A stretch of DNA of 34,159 nucleotides, from IMG/VR virus record IMGVR_UViG_3300033420_000024, positions 1 to 34,159 of that record; one strand, 5' to 3'. Under the pieces are notes generated by a model that was not told the origin of the DNA, did not search any database, and worked only from the letters and a program-made list of their open reading frames with translations. The DNA is from a virus. Taxonomy: Duplodnaviria > Caudoviricetes. Positions 1 to 9,622 of the stretch are shown one piece after another (within the stretch, counting starts at the first letter, position 1; every line of letters starts with the position of its first letter). The position numbers were made by a program, and so were the translations under genes.

Positions 1-3
1 AGC

Positions 4-35
4 AAAAAAAAAGGGTCAGCTTTTGACTGACCCTT
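4..35 (-). terminator. Rho-independent terminator after the head-associated genes
   Basis: 9-bp inverted repeat AAGGGTCAG (11-19) / CTGACCCTT (27-35) with A9 at 4-12, read as a U-tract on the minus strand, just past the stop at 62. Confidence 0.85.
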
Positions 36-61
36 CGGCTAATGTATAGGAGCTATGAGTA

Positions 62-514
62 TTAAGGTGGGCTTATTCTTTTAAGTCCGCAGGCGCAATT
101 ATGCCTACAGTCTGTGCTGCCGGTTGTGGGCAATCCGATTTGCTTCCAAATCTTAAACGGTTTCTGTTGTCCGTCTCTCTCAATGCACTGCCTGCATGAC
201 TGAGCGGCATCATTTTTTACCCACTCGTAAATCGCGTCTTCGTCAAAAGTATTGAAAACAGCATTAAACTGTAATCCTTTCATTTTCTGCCATAAGGCTG
301 TGCCTTGTTTGTTTAACATAGAGGATACGGAGCTTGATTGTCCGTAAAATCTATCTTCAAGTGTTTTGTATATTTCATTATCAGACATTCCGGAAAGTTT
401 CCACTGCTTGACCTCAAGAAGTATTGCTCTTGAAAATTCGATTTCTGCTCTTATGGCTTCACTGATGAATATTTCAAGCTGTATTTCCGCGTTATTTTTA
501 TCTATTGCCGGCAT
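62..514 (-). CDS. Short phage head morphogenesis protein (MuF/SPP1 gp7-like)
   Basis: C-terminal W...CxxC...DG...P...HNCxC pattern (SCRQCIERDGQ...DCRHNCAC); lies downstream of the portal. Confidence 0.7.
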   Translation of the reverse strand: MPAIDKNNAEIQLEIFISEAIRAEIEFSRAILLEVKQWKLSGMSDNEIYKTLEDRFYGQSSSVSSMLNKQGTALWQKMKGLQFNAVFNTFDEDAIYEWVKNDAAQSCRQCIERDGQQKPFKIWKQIGLPTTGSTDCRHNCACGLKRISPP

Positions 515-515
515 A

Positions 516-1100
516 TTATTTTACACTATTCATTATTTCATTTATTGCATTTCTTACGATAATTGGAGATAGTTCATTTACCGCTGTTATTCTTAATTCG
601 TCCTTATCCTTTTCAGAGAATCCAAAGAAATTTGCGCCGGGGTTGCTTGATCTTCTAAATCCCTGGTCATATTCTCCCCTTAGATTCCATTTTGCGATAT
701 CCAAATATCTGATATCTTTTTTTTGGGTGCCTGCCCATGCCCTCTTGGAAACACTCTTGCCCGCCTTAAGCCTGCCTAAAACCCGCTCCCTGTTTGCCTC
801 GGATTTCTTAAACTCATGAGGTTGTGTGCTGATATAGAATACTACTTTTTCATCCTCTACGGTTGAGGCAAAGGCATTTTTCATAAAATCATTTGTTGCC
901 CTCATTCTCATGTTGGCATTTCCGGAAATTCCCCCGCCTCTTGCCCTTTTTACCGCCGATGTTACAGGCGATAACCTCGGGAAAGGCGTTCCATCTATTT
1001 CCCTTTGATCCATGATGTGATCCCGCATCATCTGCTTTCCCGCATCGCCGAGCTTCAAGAGAACAGCTCTAAGCTGAGTTGATGATATTAAGCGTCCCAT
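516..1100 (-). CDS. Phage virion morphogenesis protein (Mu gpG / P2 gpS-like)
   Basis: Q..IDGTPFPRLS N-terminal motif and P...FFGFSEKD C-terminal motif typical of the family. Confidence 0.7.
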   Translation of the reverse strand: MGRLISSTQLRAVLLKLGDAGKQMMRDHIMDQREIDGTPFPRLSPVTSAVKRARGGGISGNANMRMRATNDFMKNAFASTVEDEKVVFYISTQPHEFKKSEANRERVLGRLKAGKSVSKRAWAGTQKKDIRYLDIAKWNLRGEYDQGFRRSSNPGANFFGFSEKDKDELRITAVNELSPIIVRNAINEIMNSVK

Positions 1101-1390
1101 TATTCCTCTCCGTTTGCAAGTGAATCAATTCGTTTCTGTGATAAGTTCTCTGCTTTTTTAAGTTCCGTCTTGATTAATCCCTCAAGAACCTCAGCGGGAT
1201 TACCGAAAACCTTTAGCATAAGCTCTTTCTGCTCAGCCGCGGTTAGGCTATCGAATTTATCAAGGTCAATCTTGTCAAAAACCCGCATAAAAGTCTTGAA
1301 TATCTTTTTGTTATCATAAATCTTATTGATTTTTTCTTTTATGATTTTTTTGTTTTCGAATATTTCTTTAGCAAATTCTTTATGGTTCAT
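1100..1390 (-). CDS. Hypothetical protein (96 aa)
   Basis: ORF coupled to both neighbours by ATGA and TAATG overlaps. Confidence 0.7.
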   Translation of the reverse strand: MNHKEFAKEIFENKKIIKEKINKIYDNKKIFKTFMRVFDKIDLDKFDSLTAAEQKELMLKVFGNPAEVLEGLIKTELKKAENLSQKRIDSLANGEE

Positions 1391-2814
1391 AGGTAATTAT
1401 CCATTACTTTTAAAATTTCACTATGCCTATTTACGGTCAACGAATCTGTTAGCTGTAAATTAAATTCATTTGAAAGGCTTTGTATTAGAATTTCTTTTGG
1501 TAATTGTTTTGATTTAATGCCTTTGGCGTATTTGTAGTGATAAGACATGTTAGAGTCCTCACCTACGGCTTTATATCTGTTTTTCACTGTTCTTACAACT
1601 GCGAATAATTTATATTTTTCTCCAAAGTAATCTTTAACCAAATTAGCAAACTCTTCTTTTCCGTGGAACTTCTGAGCCGTGAATAAACCCGATCGGAATT
1701 TCACTGAAACATTATTTTCATCATAATATTCGTGGTAAACTCTTTTGCTTGAAACTCTTTTTAATTTTAGTTTGCTGCTATATTCGTCTTTGAACCGGCA
1801 TGATAAATAAATTGTTCCGTTTGGCTTTAACAGTGCGTTACAGCAATTCAAGACATCGGATTCAATTTCCTTGTTTACTATCGAATTTAAAACCGAATCC
1901 AAAATAATTACATCGTATAATCCATTTTTCTGAATATCTCTGATTACATCATCTATGTTTGCTCTGATTTTATTGACATCGTATTTACTGCCTTTTACTA
2001 TAAAAAACTCTATCCCAAATATTTTATATCCCTCTTTTTTCAGTTTGTTCACATATCCAAACTTTCCGGCGCCAAAATCAAGAATTCTCTGCTTTTTATT
2101 GATTTCCGGTAAAATTAAACCTTCGTAAAGTTTTGAATGGAAATTAAATTCTCCATCAACCATCCTATTCATTTGACACATAAACTGGTTACTGCTTTTC
2201 AGTGGAATATTTTCGTAATTATAATATCCATAATCCTGCTTAAGGTACTTATCTAATAATGGCTTTTTTGAATCACTTATTACGTAAACCATGGGATTTA
2301 GCTTTAGGATATAGCAACAAATGAGATAATTCATCATGGAATATACTTGACCTGTATTAAGGACCAGCGGAGTATCGAATAATCCATATTTAACAAATAA
2401 ATCCAATATATTTTTTCGGTCAACCGCATTCTCGAAAGATCCGATTTTCCCCTTGATTTCAATATCCGAGTATTGGATTTGCTGAAATCCCTCATTACGA
2501 TAAGTCTTTTTTATCCTAACCGGAAATTCCATTAGATCAAGGCTGTTGTGTAAAAGGTTAAACCTAACTTCATCCTTTATGCTAATTTTTTCCGATCTAT
2601 AAACCGCGCAAGTTTCGAAAGTTCCAAGGGAACTCATCGCCTTATGCCTCTGGTGCCCGGCAATCAGAGTATTCCTGTTAAGCAGTAACGGCCTTACTAA
2701 CCCTATCCCCTTGATACTCTCGGCAAGCATTTGAGCGCTTTCGGGTTTTATTTTTCTCGGGTTGTATTCAGCCGGCTTGATTTTCGATATTTCATAGTTT
2801 TCTATAAAATTCAT
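1387..2814 (-). CDS. ParB/Srx-like domain fused to a class I SAM-dependent methyltransferase
   Basis: IKPAEYNPRKI and LIAGHQR (ParB-N); ILDFGAG and YDVIILDSVLN (Rossmann methyltransferase). Confidence 0.8.
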   Translation of the reverse strand: MNFIENYEISKIKPAEYNPRKIKPESAQMLAESIKGIGLVRPLLLNRNTLIAGHQRHKAMSSLGTFETCAVYRSEKISIKDEVRFNLLHNSLDLMEFPVRIKKTYRNEGFQQIQYSDIEIKGKIGSFENAVDRKNILDLFVKYGLFDTPLVLNTGQVYSMMNYLICCYILKLNPMVYVISDSKKPLLDKYLKQDYGYYNYENIPLKSSNQFMCQMNRMVDGEFNFHSKLYEGLILPEINKKQRILDFGAGKFGYVNKLKKEGYKIFGIEFFIVKGSKYDVNKIRANIDDVIRDIQKNGLYDVIILDSVLNSIVNKEIESDVLNCCNALLKPNGTIYLSCRFKDEYSSKLKLKRVSSKRVYHEYYDENNVSVKFRSGLFTAQKFHGKEEFANLVKDYFGEKYKLFAVVRTVKNRYKAVGEDSNMSYHYKYAKGIKSKQLPKEILIQSLSNEFNLQLTDSLTVNRHSEILKVMDNYL

Positions 2815-3464
2815 TGCATCATTTCGCTTTTTACAAATCCGTAAAGAGTCCCGTTATCTTCAAGATATACTTTGATCTTCTTTTCGAAAAACTCCGCCTC
2901 CTCCTCTGTAAGATTTATACGATATCCCTTATACTTTATTGAATCGATTGATGAGTTTTTTGCCCCTTCGATCTGGTCAAATGTATTCTTAATATCTAAA
3001 TCGTCCTTAAGTTCGATTAGTCCCACGTCTAAGCCCACCAATTGCAACTCTTGGTCTAACAACTCAAGGCGATCATCAAGCTGGTATATTTTCAGATGCT
3101 CTCTAAGAGCTTCTTTGTTTGTTTCCGTGAAATGACTAAGATAAACTAATACCAACTCGGCCGCTTCTTGCATATCCTTACAGTCTACCCATACGGCTGA
3201 TAGCTTTTCCGGAACTTTTACGCCCTCATCATGCAGATCCTTCAACACCTCAAAGAATTTGACGCCTTCGAGTAAATAGAGCTTACCTTTATTTTCGTAA
3301 ACATGAATCACCTTAAAAAAGCTATGCCTCAGAAATGCGTTTTTAATCTTTGTGTAACCCCCAGGGATATACTCCTCGAGTTTATCATTCTGTACAGGAA
3401 TAAGTTCTTTCCAGCTTACCTGGTCGTATTTCACAATTTTATTCTTTATGGCTGTTTTTGTCAT
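2811..3464 (-). CDS. Degenerate ParB/Srx-like protein
   Basis: ParB-like layout (IKNAFLRHSF..IHV....LYLLEG) without the GHxR motif; ATGA-coupled to the ParB-methyltransferase. Confidence 0.55.
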   Translation of the reverse strand: MTKTAIKNKIVKYDQVSWKELIPVQNDKLEEYIPGGYTKIKNAFLRHSFFKVIHVYENKGKLYLLEGVKFFEVLKDLHDEGVKVPEKLSAVWVDCKDMQEAAELVLVYLSHFTETNKEALREHLKIYQLDDRLELLDQELQLVGLDVGLIELKDDLDIKNTFDQIEGAKNSSIDSIKYKGYRINLTEEEAEFFEKKIKVYLEDNGTLYGFVKSEMMQ

Positions 3465-3511
3465 TTAGAATCCCTTATAAAAACATTTAACTTTTATTTT
3501 AATTTTGATTT

Positions 3512-3856
3512 TCATTCATTATTTTCTTCTAATTTTTTGATTAAGTCCAAAGTCTCGGCTTCCGATGCATAAAAAAAATAGTTTCTAACTTTAATCCTGT
3601 GCCCATCGATACCATCAAATTTATAGCAAATTATATCGGCTTTTTTTGCGCATATTTTCCACGTGAAGTTATTGAACTCAACATCAAACTTAAAGGATTT
3701 TTTAACTTTTTCATATTCGATCGAATCAATTATTTCGAATATCTCACCGGACTTATCGAATAACTCAAATTTTTGATTTTGAGTGTTTTCTCTCATGAAT
3801 ATTATTGAATCCGGAGAGATATAGGTTATTTCGGAGTATGTGCCTTTGATTCTCAT
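3512..3856 (-). CDS. Hypothetical protein (114 aa)
   Basis: ORF with a GAGGT ribosome-binding site directly after the portal-peptidase gene. Confidence 0.7.
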   Translation of the reverse strand: MRIKGTYSEITYISPDSIIFMRENTQNQKFELFDKSGEIFEIIDSIEYEKVKKSFKFDVEFNNFTWKICAKKADIICYKFDGIDGHRIKVRNYFFYASEAETLDLIKKLEENNE

Positions 3857-3888
3857 GTTGACCTCATTTGTTTGTATTAAATTATGAT

Positions 3889-6000
3889 TTACCCTATCGG
3901 CTCCGTCTTTGTGCTGCTAAAGGTAATCGGCAATCCATAATAAGCTATTCCGATATTGAATAATTTATTCCCCTTGCGATCGACATCATGCCAACGTTTC
4001 TCTAAGTCATCCCATGTGATTTCACGGTTCCTAAGGGAACTCGGATCTTTCAGCTTCACAGCTTCGTTATTATATCCATAAGCAGTAACATAATGGCCAT
4101 CTTCCCACTCATTCGAATAATCGTAATCTTTTACGGTGTCAAAATGCCATGCCTGAATATCCAAAATAACAGGTATGCCTTTATCCAGATATTCCTTTAC
4201 TTCATAAGTTGACATGGATTTTAAGTCAACCGTATAGCCGTATTTTTCTAATACAGTTTTTATGTTTTCCGGCTCAGTGCCCCACTCGGGAGTTGAACCT
4301 AAATCTTTGGCCAGTTCGTCAGGGTTAGGCTCTTCACCTATCATGGCTAAAGCTGTAATTCCAACCGAATCCCCGCAGTCCCAGCAATAAAATTGCCTAT
4401 CAGTCGGCATATCTATATCTCTGCCGGCTCCGGGAACGAATAACTCCGTTTGACCACCCTTTCCCTTGCCGCCTCCGCTTACCTCCGCTACATCATCCGA
4501 CAATATCGAATCGGTTATGTTCCCAAAAACAGATTGGAATTTTTTGTTTATTTTGTAATTCTCATTCAGTCTATCCTGAGCCTCTTCGTCACTTGATATA
4601 TCAGGATTGTCTTCTCTGATTAAATCCAGGTAACTTATTGTATTGTGCTGTAACTTCATATCCCTTTCAGTCTTTGTTTCTTCCATGGTTCGAGGGAATG
4701 AAGGCTCTTTATAGTCGATAAACAGTTCGGCATCATCGGGGATGTCGTCAACATCCGGCTCTTTTTTACCTAATGACCTTACCAGATTAAATAGATCGTT
4801 TTCGAATTTAGCTAATATCGGAATCTGTTCTTTCCTTAATTCCATCAGACCCTGACTTTCGGCAACAATACCGAAACCAGAGGTATATCCCCTTTCGAGT
4901 ACAATCGAATTTAGATCAACTCCGGCATCGCTTAGCGCGTTTTTTGCGTCCCAGTCACTTTCTGTCCTTACTACACTCATATCAGATTTGAGACTTACAA
5001 ATTCGATACTTGCGTCTTTACCACTTATGGTGCTTGGTTTTAGACTCAGCACAAGGTCTGGAGATATTCTTATTCCTTGCCCGGAGTATTGTTCATTCAT
5101 TATTACTTCCTGTCCATCCGAGGCTGTTATTCTATCCCCCGGAAGTTCGGCTCTTTGGTTCCCATTTACCGCTTTACCCAGATCAATATTTTTTGCAACC
5201 AGTATACCCCCAACTGAATAAGGGATAAGATAATTTGCATAGGTGCGATTCGTAGAAGCTGCCAAAAATATCTCAACCATCCATTCAAGACCATATCCCT
5301 GAGAATCGTAATCGTCTTTATTCATTCTTAAGGGCAAGAACGGAATCACCCCATCATAGGGATTTAATCTATTTGGATTGCCTTCAACCGGCATACTAAT
5401 CAACTCTTGATCAATAACGTAGTGATCTTTTTCAGTCCAAACAATTACGGATTTTTTATATTCCTGCGGTGAAACTTCATCGATATTGAGTATCAACAAT
5501 GCGTCTATTCTGTTTTTATCTTTTGCTTTCGGGATGATAAGATACTCGAACGGTAAATAAGTCTTGATGAAAAGCTTCCCTTCCTCAAAGTAAGGTCCAA
5601 CAATTACGGTGTTGTAAAAAGTCGCTAACCTGTGATTTTTTTTCATCTCACCATTAAGATCGACTTCCTTCACAATTTTGTTGTAAGCATCGGTCAAACC
5701 GGGATCTATTTCACATTTTCCGTTTTTGACATATCTTATAGGTGAATCCTTGTATAAGCTGCAAAGCCTGCCTAAGGTCTTTGGGATTTTATTTATGTAA
5801 GGGTAACTTTTTATTTTCCTCTTTATTTCGCGTCTATCATGTATCACTGAACGCCATAAGCGCTCTTGAATCTGAGCCTTTATCGCGTCTTTGTTATTAT
5901 TATACCAGGCATAAGATTCGAGACAGCTATAAATCCTGCTGTCTTTTTTGACATTCAGCAACGTCTTTGCTCTGTCCTTTATTATTTCGTAGTTTGCCAT
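3889..6000 (-). CDS. Portal protein with C-terminal C39-like cysteine peptidase
   Basis: Immediately follows terL; about 500-aa portal-sized N-terminal part with an SPP1-portal-like end. The last ~175 aa carry QxxxxxCG, GT, HYV and DPS motifs. Confidence 0.8.
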   Translation of the reverse strand: MANYEIIKDRAKTLLNVKKDSRIYSCLESYAWYNNNKDAIKAQIQERLWRSVIHDRREIKRKIKSYPYINKIPKTLGRLCSLYKDSPIRYVKNGKCEIDPGLTDAYNKIVKEVDLNGEMKKNHRLATFYNTVIVGPYFEEGKLFIKTYLPFEYLIIPKAKDKNRIDALLILNIDEVSPQEYKKSVIVWTEKDHYVIDQELISMPVEGNPNRLNPYDGVIPFLPLRMNKDDYDSQGYGLEWMVEIFLAASTNRTYANYLIPYSVGGILVAKNIDLGKAVNGNQRAELPGDRITASDGQEVIMNEQYSGQGIRISPDLVLSLKPSTISGKDASIEFVSLKSDMSVVRTESDWDAKNALSDAGVDLNSIVLERGYTSGFGIVAESQGLMELRKEQIPILAKFENDLFNLVRSLGKKEPDVDDIPDDAELFIDYKEPSFPRTMEETKTERDMKLQHNTISYLDLIREDNPDISSDEEAQDRLNENYKINKKFQSVFGNITDSILSDDVAEVSGGGKGKGGQTELFVPGAGRDIDMPTDRQFYCWDCGDSVGITALAMIGEEPNPDELAKDLGSTPEWGTEPENIKTVLEKYGYTVDLKSMSTYEVKEYLDKGIPVILDIQAWHFDTVKDYDYSNEWEDGHYVTAYGYNNEAVKLKDPSSLRNREITWDDLEKRWHDVDRKGNKLFNIGIAYYGLPITFSSTKTEPIG

Positions 6001-6015
6001 GTTTTCCCCCGTGTT

Positions 6016-7293
6016 TTAATAGTAAACCGCACTATCATCATCTTTTTTATAAATCGCATAAGCAGGATAATCTACGCAGTCAGTCCAATGGGTTGCGCGT
6101 TTTGCTGATTTATCCTTGCCTCTACCTTCGTCTTTATCGTATTTGTTGATTGACCACATCGCGCCCTGAACATCTTCAATACAGTCAACTAAAGTTTCCA
6201 CGAATTGAATGTTTCCGTTTTCAAGTTCTTTGTTTACGGTCGGGACTCTTTCCTTCACCAGTGGATTATGATATACTCTGTTTTCGTAGTTTGGATGCCG
6301 CTCAAAAGCCCTATCTATAAGTTCGAAATCAGAATAAGTAGCAGCAGTTGACCTGAGCGATAAGGATGTTGAATCACCGTAAACAATTAATCCGAAATAT
6401 TTTAAATTCCCTCTTGCATCAAGTATTTTAATTCCTAACTCCCTGATCATTAGCTCGGTTCTTGCCGCATCCATGACTACCTGGTCAAAGAATATCATTT
6501 TACCGTCTACTATCTGAAACAACAGCCAAACGCAAGGGTTACGGTTAAAATCACAGCTGATATAAATTGGCAAATTATACTTTGGCTCATATTTTTTTAT
6601 TATGTTCTTTTCTTTGCTAAAACAGTAATAAATCGAATCTTTGTATAGATCGATATAGGCGCCTTCCAGGTATCTTTGCTGTCTCTTTGAATCGTATTTT
6701 GTCTCCGCGTTTTTCGAATACTCTTTTCTTAGAAATGTATTTTCCCGAGTGCTTGCTCTAACGAATAGCTTTAAATCGCTTGACGATGGCGGGAATTCTT
6801 TCTCCAGCCATTTGTAATCCCCAGGTGTGGTTGTTACTCCTATCTGCAGTAGTTTCGCTTTTGGGTCCCTAACCCTTGCCTCTATCTCTAAATAACATTC
6901 GTATGCCATGATCCCGGCTTCATCCAGCAAAGCCCATGCAACGTTAGGCCCGCGTAAAGTATCTGGATTGGCGGCATTAGAAAACCAGATTTCACTATTC
7001 CACTGGGGGAATCTTATGCTTTCTTCTGATTTTAATCTTTCGTGCCTTATCCTGTAAGGCGATATCTGATGTTTCCCGTTGAGTATTTCAAGAAGTGTCC
7101 TTTGAATGATTCTGTGAGACATTTTAAAGGTAGGCGAAACAATAACCCCAACACAATTCTTATTTATTCTTGACATAGCTATAGCCCACATCACCCCGAT
7201 CAGCGTTTTACCGCTTCCCTGACCCCCAATAAACGCTTTGTAAAAGTGCTTTGTATCAAATAACCATAAATGTTGTTTAGGTAGTAGATACAT
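6016..7293 (-). CDS. terL: Terminase large subunit
   Basis: Walker A GGQGSGKT, LRGPN, Walker B ALLDEA, motif III TTTP, nuclease domain with SCDFN and HWTDCVDY. Confidence 0.95.
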   Translation of the reverse strand: MYLLPKQHLWLFDTKHFYKAFIGGQGSGKTLIGVMWAIAMSRINKNCVGVIVSPTFKMSHRIIQRTLLEILNGKHQISPYRIRHERLKSEESIRFPQWNSEIWFSNAANPDTLRGPNVAWALLDEAGIMAYECYLEIEARVRDPKAKLLQIGVTTTPGDYKWLEKEFPPSSSDLKLFVRASTRENTFLRKEYSKNAETKYDSKRQQRYLEGAYIDLYKDSIYYCFSKEKNIIKKYEPKYNLPIYISCDFNRNPCVWLLFQIVDGKMIFFDQVVMDAARTELMIRELGIKILDARGNLKYFGLIVYGDSTSLSLRSTAATYSDFELIDRAFERHPNYENRVYHNPLVKERVPTVNKELENGNIQFVETLVDCIEDVQGAMWSINKYDKDEGRGKDKSAKRATHWTDCVDYPAYAIYKKDDDSAVYY

Positions 7294-7869
7294 CCCCTTC
7301 GTCTTTCTCCCCTGTTTGCTCCCCCTCGGGAATTTCTGTTACTATCTCCGCTTCTTTGAAATCGCTAAAGAATTTATCCTCCTCATCTTTCAGCTTGTCA
7401 TCGTTTGGATTATTTATTTTAGCTTTCTCAATTTGAACCCTCTCAATTTCTGTCTGTGATTTTATCACTAACGATATCCCCTTTATCGCTTCGCTCAGTG
7501 AATCAAAGTCTTTTTTCTCCATAACTTTGTTCACAATCGAATTATTTGCTACGATAAGGATGTTATCAAGGATTCGCATTTTTTGACAATAATCCAACGC
7601 CTGCTTTTCACCGGCTTCGGATGCTTTTTTTTTACAGCTTCTTGAAATGATTCGGCTCTTTTTTGGTCAAAAACGTTAGCCTTCTGTTTACTTGCTGTTA
7701 TTTTGAGGTTGAGCCTTCCAACAGCATAGCTAATTTTTTTGATGTTACAGAACTCTTTGAGCGTTTTTCCCCTGTTCTCAATTTTGAATAAATCAAGTTC
7801 CTCCTGGAGTTTCACCCAATCATGCCGAATCAGTTTCTTTTTCTTTTCTTGTTTTTTCTCTTTTGCCAT
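7277..7869 (-). CDS. Putative terminase small subunit, split into two frames (7549-7869 and 7277-7597) at an A9 run
   Basis: Directly upstream of terL; N-terminal HTH-like part and helical C-terminal part become one 197-aa frame after a -1 shift at 7625-7633. Confidence 0.6.
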
Positions 7870-7937
7870 CAAATCATTATTTTTATTACAAAATAATGAG
7901 AGTGCATAGGACGAATCAAGTATACATCAAAAAAAAG

Positions 7938-8219
7938 CTATTCTTCTACGATATGCTTTTTGATATAATCAATTCTTTCTACTAATTTTACTGTTCGGAA
8001 TTTCTCGTGCCGCATAATTCGTGAGAGTCTGCGGACGTGGTGTGCGTTCAATCCCTTTTTTACGAAGGTGCATAATACGAGGTCAATCATGCAGCTTTCG
8101 GTTTTTCTCCTATCCAGCGATATCTTCTCAACCCATTGGGCAAGTTCCGCTTCACTTGCCCCAAGTTGGGAAAATATACTTTGAATTTCTTCTAATTCGC
8201 TCTTTTCGTTTTCCTTCAT
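7938..8219 (-). CDS. Hypothetical protein (93 aa)
   Basis: ORF with an AGGGGG ribosome-binding site after the integrase. Confidence 0.7.
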   Translation of the reverse strand: MKENEKSELEEIQSIFSQLGASEAELAQWVEKISLDRRKTESCMIDLVLCTFVKKGLNAHHVRRLSRIMRHEKFRTVKLVERIDYIKKHIVEE

Positions 8220-8237
8220 AATCCCCCTTAATGGTTA

Positions 8238-9290
8238 TCAATTCGTGTTATCGAGGAGCAACTTTTCTTTTTCTATGTTTAAATTATTCACAACGCCCTG
8301 CTGGTCATTTGTCCGTAAGTGTGAATATATTTCAGTAGTTTTGGTGTTCGAGTGCCCCAGAAGTTTGGAAACCGTGAAGAATGGGACGTTTTCCATCAGA
8401 AGATTTGAGGCAAAGCTATGTCTTAAGGTGTGAAACGTAATGGAGGTATCTTTCCCGAATACTTTCCTTGCTAATTTTTTGTATACAAGGAATAGGTGCC
8501 CAGTCCACTTTTTGCCCTTATAGGTAAAAACAAACCTGTTTGATTTTTTCAAATACCTGTATTTTAATATTGCTATTACATCATCCGAAAGTGGTATTAC
8601 TCTGATTTCTCCGCTTTTCGTTTGATGTCCTACGTTATTTAATGTTATAATTTTTCTTTCGATATTGACCTTATCCCATGTCAGATTGGTTAACTCACCC
8701 CGCCTCATACCGGTCATAAAGGCAACAATAATGGCATCCTGTAAATCTTTCTCTTTGCAGGCTTTCAGCAACATTAGGAGCTGCTCTTTTGTGAGATACC
8801 CCTTTTCGATTTTTGGAGTCTTTATTTTTATTAACCCGAATGAAAAGTTTTTGTTTATGTAGTTTTTTTCTTTTGCGTACTCGATTGCGTGTTTGATCAT
8901 AATCATTTTTTGCTTTATCGTTCCCGGCTTGTAGTTCCTATTAAAAAGTTCTGAATTGTATTCCTCAACATGTTCCGGCTTAAGTTTGTCCATATTGATA
9001 GAATTGCCTAAGAACTTACCAAAATCCTTTATCAGAGCTTTATAGGATTTTGCAAGACTCTTAGTAAGATACAGCGCTTTGTAAGACGATATCTTGTCTG
9101 CAAGTTCTGATACTGAAATTGATTTCACACTGCCCGAAAACCTGTTTTCAATATCTTTTTTGAATTTAGAATATACCTCATGCGCCTTAACCGAGTTTTT
9201 TGTTTTTGTAGATACTTTTGTCCTCTTGCCGGTTACATGGTGAAGATAGTAAATGTTCCAATAACCATTTTTTTCTTTCCTTAAAAACAT
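8238..9290 (-). CDS. int: Tyrosine integrase with N-terminal arm-binding-like domain
   Basis: TGMRRGE, TKSG, FHTLRHS, LLGH, TEIYSH catalytic set; N-terminal YWNIYY...GKRTKVSTKT beta domain; AGGAGG ribosome-binding site. Confidence 0.95.
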   Translation of the reverse strand: MFLRKEKNGYWNIYYLHHVTGKRTKVSTKTKNSVKAHEVYSKFKKDIENRFSGSVKSISVSELADKISSYKALYLTKSLAKSYKALIKDFGKFLGNSINMDKLKPEHVEEYNSELFNRNYKPGTIKQKMIMIKHAIEYAKEKNYINKNFSFGLIKIKTPKIEKGYLTKEQLLMLLKACKEKDLQDAIIVAFMTGMRRGELTNLTWDKVNIERKIITLNNVGHQTKSGEIRVIPLSDDVIAILKYRYLKKSNRFVFTYKGKKWTGHLFLVYKKLARKVFGKDTSITFHTLRHSFASNLLMENVPFFTVSKLLGHSNTKTTEIYSHLRTNDQQGVVNNLNIEKEKLLLDNTN

Positions 9291-9323
9291 ACGCCCTCCT
9301 TAACCAATTTTTTTTTGCTACCG

Positions 9324-9538
9324 TTTTAATGACCTAATTGGTGACTCAATTGGTGACTCACCCTATAGGATTGAAAACAAAATAATAAAGAAATTGCGAT
9401 TTTGTTTGTCAATACGTGTCAAATTCAGGGGTTATTATGCGATTTTGATTCAATTGCTTTTTTTCCACAAATGCAATGTTTTTGTTTTTAGATCAGAATC
9501 GCCTTTTTTCCTGTTTTTGGTGACTCAATTAGTGACTG
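9324..9538. repeat. attP-like region with arm-type direct repeats (TTGGTGACTCA)
   Basis: AATTGGTGACTC twice in tandem at 9336-9359 (degenerate copy 9324-9335); TTGGTGACTCA 9517-9527 and TTAGTGACTG 9529-9538; same orientation, 12-bp period, flanking an AT-rich ~155-bp centre next to int. Confidence 0.65.
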
Positions 9539-9601
9539 CCTTCTACCTCCTTTTTCTCCGAAAATATACTAATCACTGAAAAAAGTCAATCCAAAAACGC
9601 A

Positions 9602-9622
9602 ATTTGACAGAATATGTCAAAT
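9602..9622. promoter_or_regulatory. Perfect 8-bp inverted repeat, candidate operator
   Basis: ATTTGACA-GAATA-TGTCAAAT; the TGTCAA half-site recurs at 9407-9412 and 9417-9422. Confidence 0.45.

Noticed and set aside
9545-9552. Perfect Shine-Dalgarno AAGGAGGT on the minus strand
   Set aside because: No start codon at a usable distance, so no gene was called.
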